This document shows positions 13,245-26,342 of a stretch of 64,000 bases of DNA, piece by piece. Each line of letters starts with the position of its first letter. Position 1 is the stretch's first letter. Location: positions 16,182,001 to 16,246,000 of the forward strand of contig CM120645.1 in assembly GCA_051362555.1 (NCBI GenBank), in the 5' to 3' direction. Origin of the DNA: Lingula anatina. Taxonomy: Eukaryota; Animalia; Brachiopoda. The notes under the pieces were generated by a model. It saw only the letters and a list, made by a program, of their open reading frames with translations. It was not told the DNA's origin and searched no databases. The translations under genes were made by a program, and so were the position numbers.

Positions 13245-14824
13245 CAGACGGCTTTCCAAAAGTCATATGTGTAGATTTCAAATATGCCATTGGATTTGAC
13301 CTTTGACTTTTATTTCAAGGTCAAACGGGCCAAAATTTTCAAAAAAATGAATTTTTTTACGAAAAAAAAAAATTATTTGCCCTGTTATTCAGACACCACA
13401 CAGACTTAACCAATAATATTATTGGAACGTGTTACCCTTCAGGTCATCTTTCATCTCCGTGAATTTGGGGTCAATCGGTGCATTTTCACGGGAGCAGCGG
13501 CTATAAGATACCGAAACTGAAAACTGTCTCTAATTCGGGAACCGTTAATGCTAGAGACCCATTCTTTTTTGCATTTTGTAGAGCATGTAAAGCCCAACAC
13601 TGATGGTGGTCTCCGTTTTTTTGTACTCCATACGGTTTTCGAGTTACGCTGTATCAAAAAGTACATATTGGTGGTGAAAGCAAAATGTGCAGTACGGTAA
13701 TGATAATAAATTTTGAACTCCGGAAAAATAAAACATAAGGCTTGGCAAAGCAGACAACTTGTGGTCAAAAATGACATTATTTCATCAAATTTGAACTTCT
13801 GGAACTTCAGAGCACCTCCCATTTCAAGAATTTTGACCAAAATGACCTTTTCTTTATTTTAATTAATTTTTTCTGTAGGAAATTTATGGCACATTATGGT
13901 AACCCCTAAATTATAATATTTAGTCCCTTATATCTCCAAAACTGGCAGAGATAGGCCCATATTGAAGTTGAATAGGAAGTCATATACTGGCAATCTTACT
14001 GTGACCTTGAAATTGACCTTTGACCTACTTTTCACCATGAACTGAACTTTGCAAATTTTGCTTCCCTTTTATCTCCAAAACTGGCAGAGATAGGTCCATA
14101 GTTACTATTGAACTTGAATAGGAAGTCATATACTGGCAATCTAAATGTGACCTTGAAATTGACCTTTGACCTACTTTTCACCATGAACTGAACTTTGCAA
14201 ATTTTGCTTCCCTTTTATCTCCAAAACTGGCAGAGATAAGTCCACAGTTACTATTGAACTTGAATAGGAAGTCATATACTGGCAATCTTAATGTGACCTT
14301 AAAATTGACCTATGACCTACTTTTCACCATGAACTGGACTTTGCAAATTTTGCTTCCCTTTTATTTCCAAAACTGGCAGAGATAGGTCCATGGTTACTAT
14401 TGAACTTGAATAGGAAGTCATATACTGGCAATCTTACTGTGACCTTGAAATTGACCTTTGACCTACTTTTCACCATGAACTGAACTTTGCAAATTTTGCT
14501 TCCCTTTTATTTCCAAAACTGGCAGAGATAGATCCAAAGTTACTATTGAACTTGAATAGGAAGTCATATACTGGCAATTTACTGTGACCTTGAAATTGAC
14601 CTTTGACCTACCTTACGATGAACTTAAATTTGATTGTACCATTTTTAGTTATATATATTTTTTGCATATTTTGAAAATTCTTGCTGATTGCATTTTTACA
14701 GCTTGTCAAGCACAAGACTGGTGGCTGTGTCCCTTATTTTGTGTATGTGGGGGTCTATTCGAATGCGCTTGCTCCAGCTGGTGGTACAATATTCGGAGGC
14801 GGTATCGCCTCTCTGATCCTCTAG
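13245..14824 (+). mobile_element. Helentron/DINE-like non-autonomous element with internal tandem array
   Basis: Core motifs aataggaagtcatata and gtgaccttgaaattgacctttgacc; 3' hairpin gaggcg-gtat-cgcctc (14796-14811) followed by CTAG-TT at 14821; 5' end approximate. Confidence 0.6.
13930..14620 (+). repeat. 146-bp tandem repeat, about 4.7 copies
   Basis: Unit at.tccaaaactggcagagata... starts at 13932, 14071, 14217, 14363 and 14509 (the first unit is 7 bp shorter). Confidence 0.95.
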
Positions 14825-16899
14825 TTCACATTATAGTTTTTAGGTCTGTGAAACGGGTCTGCATCATGGTGATTAGTGCAACAACAGAATTCCAATATAT
14901 CTTGTAACATTATGTCAGTTAAATAAATTAACTCATGACCAAGCTTAGATTGCAATTTCATGTATAATATTTGAAGTGTCACAGAGCAAGTTATAGTATT
15001 AGAAAGGCATGAACTCTAAACCAACCACAGCGTAAGGAACAAGTTAAATGTGTAGGAAAGGCATGGACATCACCAGGGTGCCGGGGAAAGAACATAAAAA
15101 TAACAATAGCCTAATACATTTAAGGACGTTCTTTCATATTAGCTTTTTTGCGATCTGCGCAGATTTTGCACATGAGTATTTTTTTTTTTTTTTTTGTGAT
15201 AGCGGCTAATGATAAAAATATAACATGCAATAGAATACGCAATTCATCCTTTTAAGACATCTGTATTAAATATTTGATGTTATTATGGTCGAAGCGCTAC
15301 GAATATGACAACAATATGTTGCGTATCAGTGAACGCTTGGTCTTTTACGACGTAAAGTACGCACTTGAGACTTTGTTTACAAATGCCGCAATGTTAGAAA
15401 TTACGCGAAGAAGGGATGGAAAAGAGCGTTTTAGAAAGGCTTGTAAAGCAGTGACAAGATCTTATCTCATGGAAAATATTCACAAGGGCTTGCATTTTGA
15501 CCACAAAGTGTATTGTGGTGATTTGTCACATGGTTAAGATGTGTGCAGCAAGACATTGTCTTCTTCAGCATTGGTGTCCGAAGTTACCGTGCATTGTATG
15601 CTGAAAACAATCATCTCTTTTCTTTCACAGTTAGTTAGAATAATTAGACTCATGGCGTTTTGTTGTTGATTTAAGTATGTTATTATTGAACAATATGACC
15701 TGTAAACAGTGCGATTTTCAGCTCTCCAGGAAAGATGCATTACAGTAGGTGTGCAGCTATCTGGCGTGTTGCGATGTCATTCTTGTAATGGTTTTGTTAA
15801 AGTGCAAATGGACAAAACCATTAAACACACAACAGAGGACCAAGGGTTTTTTTATGCAAATACATGTAATACTTTTTTGATGCCAGGAAAATAAACAGTA
15901 TATTTTAGAAGTTAAATTGTACTTTATTCCAACTTTATCCAAATTTACCCAATCATTAAAAGGAGGCTTAAATTTAGTTTGTAAATTACTTAACAGAAAT
16001 TATTCAGCCCATAATGTATTAGAAGATTGTCTTAAGTCACAAAATTTAGTTAATGTATGTAATTATAATGAGCAGAAAATCTTTTGATCTCATAATCCTG
16101 GGCCGCGATCAGAGTAGTAGCCTTTTTTCAGTGTTTTTAATCATATTAAGATATTGAAATATAATGAATTATCACTAAAAAATTCACGGCACACTCTTTT
16201 TAAAAATGGCCCAGCCTGATTTTGACCCTGGAAGATCCCTGTTATTTGATTTTTTCTTATTTCATCCCAGCCAATTAACTATACCCTGTGTCCAACGTTT
16301 AGCAATTTTTTTAATAATACCTCGTTTATAAAAATGATTTATGTCTCCTCCATCCCAGTGCACCACAAACTGGTTAGTCCCGTTCATAACAAAAGAGAAG
16401 GCAACAAAGACTATCGGGTGTTCGTGATTTGGCCAAACAAGGCCGCTTTTATTATATAAACTCACTATCCTAATAATTTTAACAATAATAACAATGTGGC
16501 AAATTGTTGCCTGCATTAAATGTTATGGCCTTAGGGATAAAAATTAAATATGAAATATTAAATAAGACTCATCATCCTAAAAATAATGATGTGACGAGTC
16601 AGCAAAAGCTATTATTTTCAAACAATTTTGCACAAATTTCGTTTGTGGGGGCCTCTTTGCAACCCCACAAATTAAAACGTATGCACTATGTTGTTTGGGA
16701 ATTATATATAAAATAGTCTTTTCAGGCGTAAAAACTACGTTTTTTGGCACAGTCACAATTTTTTAATTTTAGCATCAAAAAATTACTTAATTTCATTTTA
16801 TTAGAAGGATTCACAATAAAAGCGGCCGGCATCGGCCAAGTTTCGTAAACATTGTATTGGCCATTTGAGTTTAAAACATGCAACGTAGCTACAGTATCA

Positions 16900-18040
16900 T
16901 TTGGGATGTGGAAGGGCATTTTTTTTACTTGGGGTGTGGTCATGGGGGTGGTTGAATCTAATTAAACGTTGTAATTTCTGTTTAATTGTAATTTCTACTT
17001 TTAGACCAAAAAAGTTAGGAACGGAAGGCTATGGGGGATTGAAAACATGTCTTTAGGGATGTGTATGGGTCCTTCTGGGTTTTTGATGACATAAATTGGG
17101 TGTGACCGTCCCTGGGGGTGGTTGATTCCATTTTCCGCATCGTTATTTCTACCATCTACCCTTAGAGTTAGGAACATGAAACGTTAGGGATTGATGAACC
17201 AGTCACTTTCTTATGAATGTGCAAAGGTTTTTCAGGAATGTAGAGAACAGCAGCAGCGCACATAGCACTAAACGGACTTACAGCCGTAGGCATGAATATA
17301 GGTCAAGAAATACAATTAAAAACTTATTCAAGGCCCTACACACTCAGAAATCCTGGCGTCCAACTAGCCGTTGTGTCTTAATACAAAACAAATATGTTAA
17401 TTAATCAAAAATAGTAATTAGCATGTGTGTCGCTATACAGAGGCTTTGTAAGGATTCCTGAAAGTATGGAGGCTTGAATGGGTTTAGTGCTATGTGCTAT
17501 TAACTTGACCTACATTCAAGCATATCGCGTATTTAAGGGTATGTTATTAATATAAGTGCTGTCTGCTGCTTTCTTTGCATCCCCCTTCCTTCTTAACTCG
17601 AAGACCGCTTTCAGATTCACACACCCTACTAGCTGGGTGGGTCCAACTCTGCAGGGGATCTCACTTTAGTGCAATCAGTGGAATCAGCTTAATTGTATGA
17701 CATGCCACCAATCACCGCACCTCCTCAGGGACAGTCACACCCGAAGTCACACTAACATTCCCCTGTACCTATGCACCAAAGACTCATGTTCCTAACTCGA
17801 ATGGTCTAGAAGGAGATGAAAGAAATCACGGTGAAAATATTACAGTCAACCATCCCCAGGCACGTCCACTCCCCAAGTCACCAAAAATTCCGATGTGCTC
17901 AAGCACATCTCTAACGATCTCAACCACCCCAGGGAAAAACACACCCCAAGTCACAAAAATCTGAAGTGCCCACGCACATTTCTTACTATAGTGTATTAAT
18001 CCCCAACGCTTTTATTTCCTAATTCTAAAGATATAAGGGT
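16900..18040. mobile_element. Foldback-like non-autonomous element, copy 2
   Basis: Collinear similarity to about 11290-12450, e.g. ggatgtgtatgggtccttctgggttttt and atgcaccaaagactcatgttcctaa. Confidence 0.65.
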
Positions 18041-20639
18041 AGGGCTCTACTTAGTACATTTTTCGGTTGCAAAGTGCGGCTCTACATGCCTTAAATCTGC
18101 TTCGATTTGAGGTATGTATGAAGTATATATACTCCCCAGAAGTAGCATTCTACTGCAACCATGCTTCACAAAATCACAGTAGAAATGAAGCATAATGCTT
18201 CGCCGCAGTAGTACAATACTGCATTTCTACTCTGCGTGCAGCAGTTTCGAAGTAGCATGCGTTACGGTAGCAGTCTTCTTTAAATATGCTTTATATCGAT
18301 GTAGAAATCCAGCAGCTTGGTCGGGGAATAGGTTACTACTGCAAATCTACTGCAAAAACACTGCTAAAATGATCGGCGCGTTTTGATCTACTCCACTGCT
18401 ACTACGTGAACTTAGTAATTTTGTTGGGGAATAGATTGCTACGACAAATCTGCTGCAAAAACTTTGCAATAATCCCCCAGCTGTGACGTGTGACACAGCT
18501 GTGACGTGTGACTTCCAAATATGGAAGCGCCTCAGGCAAAATTTTGAAGAAGAACGCCCTCAGATTGTCGGTGTTCGTCAGTAAAAGCGACTCCATCACA
18601 AGGCGGGGCGGACCCGCCGAAGGGCAGCTAAGTCATACCTGACTAGGTTCGGGACCGTACGGCCTCATACACCGTGCCAATGTACAACGTTGGGAAATCC
18701 AAGATCTTTCTCCGTACGCTCGTAAAGACCTTGGTTAAGATACGAACGAAGCCTATGAACGAAGGAATGACATGGCCAACTGTGTTCAAGGCTAACTTAA
18801 ATGTAATGAAAAGAAAATCTTACTTGTAAAAATGAAAAATCCGCTTCACGTACTAGTCTCAAGCTATTTGGTTCGATCCAGGAGTCCTCAGACAAAGCCG
18901 TAACACGAGAAAAACAGCAAACACAAATCGTAACGAAAACAAATATCGTCAGTGAGGCAAAAATCAATAAATTTCAATGGTAAATGTTCCATTTCTCGTT
19001 AAAGTCTCTTCGGGTTTGGTTGGATCCAAGAGTCGCAAAACAAAATTGTAATAAAAAAGAAGTAAACAGTCACAAACCAAACGATTTTTTTCAGCGAGGC
19101 TCAAATGGTACAATTAATCCCGAACGTTATGCTTTCAGCAAAGAGCTTATAGCAAACTGAGGCCGAGTATTAGCGTTTACTGAATATATGCGACAGCGCG
19201 CACATAAAAGATAGCTCCGGATTTAGTGCTGCAAATTTCGTCAAAGGTGAGGCTTCAAAGCTGCGGACAGATAATTTTCAAGGAGCTTAATGCAGTGAAT
19301 TCTAGATGCCATTCCCTGTTTACACTCCTAATGAAATGTTACAACGGCCTATGAAATAAATTAAGTTAACTGACGCCATAAAAAATCGTTTGCCTACGCC
19401 AAACTTCCCTTATCCACAAATCTATATTCCGTAGGATTGTGGCCAAATTTTGTCTTCAACTTATTCTATCCAGTGAGATTTGCTCTGTTGTACGTTAGCA
19501 TCATAGGCCTACAATAAGTAGTGTAAGCGAGATGAATGTATAGAAATAAGTCATGCATGAGCCTCTTTTTAGGTATATGAAATGACCCTTATTATTAACA
19601 GTTAGAAGTTATAATTATAGAAAGTGGAAGATGTAGCACAGTTTCTCTTCTTTCAAAAGCGAGGTTAAGGGATTTGCCTAAATACAGGTATTATCATAGG
19701 AGAATGTGTCATTGTTGTTTAAAGACATGTATGTAAAACATGAGTTGCCGCTTTGTATTACTGTATATAGTCCCCTTCTGTTTGCAGTATATACACCGGA
19801 ATAGGGACCAAGTTATTATAAAGTGCTCTTCTCCCTCTATAACTCAGGTGCTGCAATTGTGGCGATTTCTTTTTTTCATCTGGTGTTGATTAACATGGCG
19901 ACCTTTCAATGTGCAGATTGTGACTGATGATTCTAAATCTGGTTCAGGTTTGACTTTTTTCCTTTATCTTGAATTATGTTAATGTATTATTCTTTCTCAA
20001 AGTCAAGTTTAATAGTTTTGTACGTATTCAGCTTGAGATTTTGCTGTAATACCGTACTATGTCAAAGAGTCACTCTGCCTGTACTGTCTCTAACACTAAG
20101 GTTTCTGTTTAAGCCATATATATATATATATCCAGATCTATTTTCGACAAAAATTTTATTTACTCTCCCACTTCAAGACATGCCACGGTTTGTGTAATGA
20201 AGGCTAGCTTTTGAAAGAAGATCCAAGGTATTTTAATTCGTCTAGGTATGCCCACGTAAATAAAACCTCATCATCTACATGTAAGTGCAAAATGTTGGGC
20301 CAGTATTTAATTACTTGTATGGCAGGGCAGGCAGCTTGGTAGCTGGGCCTGAGTTCCCCCCGAACAGCATAATTACAAGATTTAGAATGCACCCTTTAAA
20401 ATCCTTCCAATTTTTTTTTTTTTTGATTTGCGATTTATTATTTTCCATATGCAACTTGGAAAACCATTGTCTCACAAAAGCTTTTTTCTTTTAAGGTGGA
20501 GGGAATGGCACTAGCTCGAGGAAGATGGTGTTTGATCCTGGGGAAAGCGTTTGGTGCCCTATCATGCAACTTTTGTTGTTACAAACAAAATTCCTCTTTT
20601 TAAATTTTAAATTAAAACAAAATTTTAATTTAAAACAAA

Positions 20640-20950
20640 TAAACACCATTTGGTAAAACATTCTTCCCAGCATTTGAAATTATTTATACTGAAAGCCTGT
20701 TGTACTTTCCGCAAACAAAACTAAATCGTCGGCATAAAAAGACCAGTAATAGACTTCCCGTCTACTGATGGGACTTGCTTTCTGATTCTTTCCACCTACA
20801 GATATTTGAAGTAGTTTAAATATAAGAGCAGGCCTTTTTCCCAGACAGTGCCGAAGGCCTTACTAAAATTTACAAAAAATATATATAGAACCGGTTATCC
20901 ATGCCTTGGGGAATATGTTACTAGAAATTTAATTATAAATACTTTAGATT
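20640..20950 (-). mobile_element. Degenerate LINE reverse transcriptase fragment
   Basis: Minus strand reads FYADDLVLFAES (about 20700-20740) and IFPKAWITG. Confidence 0.45.
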
Positions 20951-21235
20951 ATTAGAGGTACTGTAGCCATCCCTGATTCCGCCCTGGTTAGCTATGGGGC
21001 ATTCTTTTCTGCATAGAATAAAAATCAGTCTGTTCAATAAAAGTGGAATGTCATAACAACTGGGGATGGTAATGCAACAATAATTGTCAACACACTTGGA
21101 TTACATGACTAATAATAGGGTACTATGTAGATGTCGTTCCAAATCTTAGGGTAGATTCTGCTCTGATATACAGCATTAAAAGTTTATGAAACACTGGGAG
21201 GATGATGATTTTACCAATGAGAAGTGTATTTAATA

Positions 21236-22600
21236 ATACCCCCGTCACACTAGAGGCAGAATGAACAAGAATGCCGTCGGAAAGACAATTCTTTGTGCAT
21301 TCCTGGATTTTCAAAGAGCATTCTAAAAATTCCGAGTGCATTTCAAATATTTTACCCATTCCTGTGGTCGGCCTGAATGTTAAAAACTTTCGAAGTGCAT
21401 TCCAAGTGGAAAATTATCAAATGACATTTGAATAGTATTCTAAAAGCACTGTGACTGCATTCTAAATATTCTCACGGCATTCCGACAACTTTCGAAACAT
21501 TCTGATCACATTCGAGGGATATTCGAACTGGCACGCGACTTAAGGCTCCCGTCGCACTTATTCGACACCAGCAGGAATCAAGCTGAACCAGCAAGAATTA
21601 ATTAATTGAAAAATTCGTGCCATAATCGGGAGGGAATTTCAAATTGCAGTCAGAATATTCCGAATGAAATCCAAATGCCGTACGAGTGTGGTTTGACTGC
21701 TGGCCGAATACAGGCAGAAGTATGTAAGAAGGTTCCTCGAATGATGTATGAAGCGAACTCAAATGCAGTCAACTGCTCCCGGTATGGCTGACAATGATGG
21801 TTTGAAATATAAAGAATTCAAACAAAATGCAGCTGAAATACCTAAAATACTTAATTAAAATTACTTTCTAACATGTTTAGAATGTAACACGATGCCCAGA
21901 GTGTATTAATAACGCCACTGGAATGGTAACTGATCATAATGTTTCGAATGCTGTCGGAATGCCGTGAGAATATTTAGAATTCAGTCATAGTGCAGTTAGA
22001 ATACTGCTCAAAAGCCATTCGATAAATTTCCTCTTGGAATGCACTTCGAATTTTTTTGACATGACAAAAAAATTCGAGCCGGCCACAAGAATGGATAAAA
22101 ATATTTGGAATGCACTCAGATTTTCTAGCATGTTTTAAGAATGCTCTTCGAATATCCTGGAATGCACAAGGAATTGTATTTCCGACGCCATTCTTAATCA
22201 TTCCGCCTCTAGTGTGACGGGGATTTTATATCCCGCCAGAATGTTTCGAATATGCCTCGGATGAGCTGAAATATTAATTTTGCCAGCAATTGAACTACAC
22301 TAGTGCGCCGTTCAAAATATATTATGTATATTCTTACTGCCTTCTTACAGCATTAATAAATATTCCTAGTTTTCCAACTACATTCGAACTGCTTTTCACA
22401 GCTTATACAGTCGAAAGTGCATTCATCATTCCAGGCGAATTCAAGCGCATTCTGAGTATTCCAACGGTACTCTTACAATAATTAAGGTCAATTTAATTTT
22501 TTTTTTCCGAATATGGTGCGAATTTTTAAAAATTCTTCGTTCAGGCTCATTCTTCTTCATTCCTGCTGAATCCGAATAAGTGCAGTGACGGGGCCTTAAG
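21236..22600. mobile_element. Two nested copies of one Harbinger-like MITE family in opposite orientation
   Basis: Ends ccccgtcacactagaggc (21239) with inverse at about 22205-22222, and ggc.ccgtc..cacttattcg (21544) with inverse at about 22573-22596; about 280-bp inverted match of 21240-21510 to 21930-22222. Confidence 0.75.
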
Positions 22601-22738
22601 CAGATAATACACTATATACATAAATACGGTGGGTGGGCATGTGCATTAATTAACCAAACGCTCATCGAATCTGAATTAGAAGGCGGTATTGAGAATTAAG
22701 TCAACCACGTGTTGCCTGTAAATATTATATTAACTTAA

Positions 22739-23075
22739 AGTCATAATAACTCTTCTTTTCGGCCAAAAAATGAATTTTCCTGGAGTAAACAACAATTTTC
22801 CCAAACTTACCAATGATTAATGAATCCATTTTTACATTCAAAGTTAGTCCCTGGTTTTTTTCTAAAAAGTTTGGTTTTTTGTTAAAATCTCTTAAGAGAT
22901 TTTAACATAGTATAGCCATCAATGGAGGTCACGTGGTCCAAAGACAAGCTCAGATATCAGAATAATAGCTATAACTGCCGTTTTTGTGGTAAAACAGAAT
23001 ATATTATATTTCTATGAGTTATTCACAATGTTTTAATTGTGAAATATAGATCTCATACGAAGAGTTATTATCCCT
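22739..23075. mobile_element. MITE flanked by TTAA (Kolobok-like)
   Basis: TTAA|AGtcATAATAACTCTTC...GAAGAGTTATTATccCT|TTAA. Confidence 0.7.
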
Positions 23076-23139
23076 TTAACTACATGTATAAAGATCAACC
23101 GTGTTTGTTTATTCATTTATTTTGAGCCCCCGAACAAGA

Positions 23140-23723
23140 CAAACAAACCGACAGGAATATAATATTGGAGAAGTAACACCAATGAAAATTTTCGCAATGG
23201 TTGTACATGCATAAGGAGCAGTGGGGTTTGAAGCCTCGACTTCACGCATATCGCCGCTGGTTAATTGAGCTTCCAAAACAGTGATTTGGTTCTGAATGAT
23301 GTTGGATTCTACGTGGAACTTTCCAATGAGCTCCGTCTGTGCATTTTTGAAGAATTCCGTGTGTGTTTCATTCCTCCAGAATTTTGCGAATTTTCCCAGG
23401 GATGAGGGTTCTAGCTTACCAGTGTAAGTTTAACTTTAAAAAGACATCCCATTGGTCTGTAGGCTGTGGACAGTCGCCTTCTCCACATGTAAGGACACAT
23501 TCCGCATTCTATTTAGGCAACGTTTGATTTTTCGTGCAGCTTCTTTCGTTTTTTTTAACATTCCTTGCAATATTTAAGCCTTTTCTTCAAAACATTTAAT
23601 AATTTTAGAAATTAGCCGCATGATTATAACAGCTTATTTCCTACGTTCTTATTCTGATCTTTTTAAGATGCTCAGCGCTGACTTAAGATGAAAGGCAGAC
23701 TTCGCAGAATGTGGACCGCGGAT
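23140..23723 (-). pseudogene. Decayed fragment of a gene C-type stalk exon
   Basis: Reverse complement aligns by eye with gene C 51838 to about 52430: retained acceptor ag|at.cg.ggtcca.attctg.gaag, plus tttcatcttaagtcagc, aaagaagctgcacga, gctagaaccctcatcc and ggaaagttccacgtaga; contains stops and indels. Confidence 0.85.
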
Positions 23724-25006
23724 CTACGATGGGAAATGAAACAAAAATTATTTACCCTAATTGATTTTGTGTTGTTTTAAACGTAATAAAGGAAGTGTCC
23801 ATCTGTGTTACTGTGGTTCGTTTACAGAACATCCTGCACCGTGAAATTAGTGTTTAGCTTTTAAACACATATAACACACGTTTAGAACCTTAGGGCGTTT
23901 AAATATGTGTAAAAGCAGAACACGTATAGTTTTTCAATCTTCTCATAGAAAAAATACCAGATATATTTAGCAGTATTGCACATTAAGCTATGTGTTTAGC
24001 TCCACCAGTATATGATTAGGTAATAAGTTTATCGCAAGGCTAAACCATATTGGCTAACCACTTACCCTGCGTCGAACTGCTAAACTTATGGAGCTGCCTA
24101 ACGCGTGGAGCAGCCTTCTCGGATACCTAAGGTCTTCCTTTCAATAACTTGTTACTATTTTGAATATGTTAATTAAGTGCTACGTAACTTTTGTCAAAAT
24201 CCTGTAATTATACTTTGGAGAACCGTCGTACAACAATAAAGAATGTATCCTTATTTGTAAGGTCAGTCTCCATGCAAATTACCGTACCTTATCTTTCAAC
24301 TATAATGCAGAGTATACTTTCTCTGATACTTCTCTTTAATCTTTAAACCATTTAATTCCTCTCTTAGGTATTTCCTTCGATTTGAAGAAACACTTTTTGA
24401 GTTGGTTTTTCTGAAATGCGCGCTGCGGAAGTAGATGCAGAATCGTACTGTTCAGCGATATCTGAAACTAACATTAGGTTCCCGACAAGAACAATAATTT
24501 CGAGAAAAACGACACCAGTTACTGTTAACGGTAATCTTCCTTTTGAAAGACGCAATATTATGTAGAGGACCCCATCCCTCCCCCAAACCGCATATACACA
24601 AATGATTCTAGTTATGAAGTGTCAGAATACAGCTTACGGTCTTTGAAAAGGATAAACAACGTATCAGTTGTGAGATATTCTATCACTTTGTTTAAAATGT
24701 AGCTGGCCTGAAACCCTCAAGTAAGAACAGCCAGTCATTAGAAAACTCAGGTTCTGCATATTTGGAGTCATGTCTATACGTCAATGTAACACATTTTATT
24801 CGAAATCTTATCGAAAAATTAGGAAACAAGGATAATAATCTGTTTGCTTTGTTACTTACAACATACTACTCGTCGATATTTCAATTCAGCCTTTGTGTGC
24901 AGCTCGATCGTACAACTTTTCTTGGTAGATTCTAAGAAATATGTATCAGTGCCTCAGTTCTTTCTTCAACAGTGGTAACGGTATACAGATAGCACGCCCG
25001 TTTGAT

Positions 25007-25037
<31 letters not shown>

Positions 25038-25634
25038 TTGTTTGATTGATTTTACTTTGTTCTAATCTAACTCAGCATAAGCTTTTCTTCACGCACCGCT
25101 CAGTTTGTTGAATTGAGTTATAATGATAAAAAAGCAGCGTTAAAGTGATAAGTTGTCGCCTTGTCACAGACTACGTGGAAATGCGTCATTTTATAACTTC
25201 GATGCCCTTGAGCGATTCTAGCTATAGTAACCACTTAAGAAGTTGAATGCCCGCAATTACTGGGTTTTCTTTTGTCTGGTCGAGATAAACGCTAATCCCC
25301 GGTCGCACCTCATCCCGTCACAATTTAACCGTTTCCCTCCCAGAAAATGATTCTGGTTTCTGAATGTCAAAATCGTTTTCTGCAGTTTCTGGTTCCCACA
25401 GTGGTCTTTGAAAAACAGAACTACTTTCTGGTTGTCAGGTTTGTTTTTCGAAAACCGACACGGGTTTTAAAGCAGCCAGGATTTTTTTTTTCAAAAAACA
25501 ACATCGTTTTTGAAAAATCAAATAAAAATTTTACTCCAAACAGCAAAGTAAGGAGCCTGCAGATATTCTCCCAAGACCAACATGCTGTGTTCACGTCTTG
25601 CATTGGAGGCCATCTCATTGCCCCCCCCCCCCAA

Positions 25635-25636
<2 letters not shown>

Positions 25637-25676
<40 letters not shown>
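25637..25676. repeat. (CA)n microsatellite
   Basis: Direct reading. Confidence 0.95.
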
Positions 25677-25679
<3 letters not shown>

Positions 25680-25722
25680 CAATTAGACCAAAAAACGACA
25701 CTAGCTTCTCAGTGACAGAGTC

Positions 25723-26220
25723 TATATAACACGCAGGGGTTATATAGGTTAAATAAAAGTCAAAGAAAAGGCATGTGTTTTTCACTGGATCTTGGTTTAT
25801 TCACATGGATTCACAAGACACGTAAAAACTAAAAAAGAAGAAAAGAAAAAGAAAATTACAACAATGTACTTACTAACGGTTATTTACGTGATCAAATTTA
25901 CTTACTCAAAAAACTTATACATTTCAATAATCACCAATAATAAATAACTAATCATCAATAATCAATAATAATCAATAAACAGTATTAAAACTCACCATTT
26001 CTGCCATTCCTTTAAACTATAAATTTCAAGTAGAAATAACAGATTCAAAAGTATACTGTGTACAACTCCTACGGAGACACTGTGCTGAATGAAACAAAGT
26101 GCAAAACTCAGGGCACCACCCTGAATGAAAACTTGTCATTTATGCAAATGAATGACCATTGCATTAGTTGAGCCGGACACCCAGCTCCTCAATCTCAACT
26201 AAAGTAAACTAAACCTTACA
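25723..26220 (-). repeat. 3' LTR of the BEL/Pao element
   Basis: No difference from 32132-32629 found by eye; minus-strand ends TG...TA. Confidence 0.95.
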
Positions 26221-26342
26221 TACCGGCCACCGAAAGGCGATTTAATCAAGATTCAAAATAGCCTTTCTAATCAAATATAAACACCATTTAGTTGTCTCAA
26301 ATAATGTTCTATGAAGTCACTGTCATTTTAATGCATTGCACA

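Noticed and set aside
13930-14620. Regular repeat array as a CRISPR
   Set aside because: Units repeat in full with no unique spacers; eukaryotic context; no cas genes
15274-15900. Short ORFs that might be a decayed transposase or host exon
   Set aside because: No recognisable motif or consistent splice pattern
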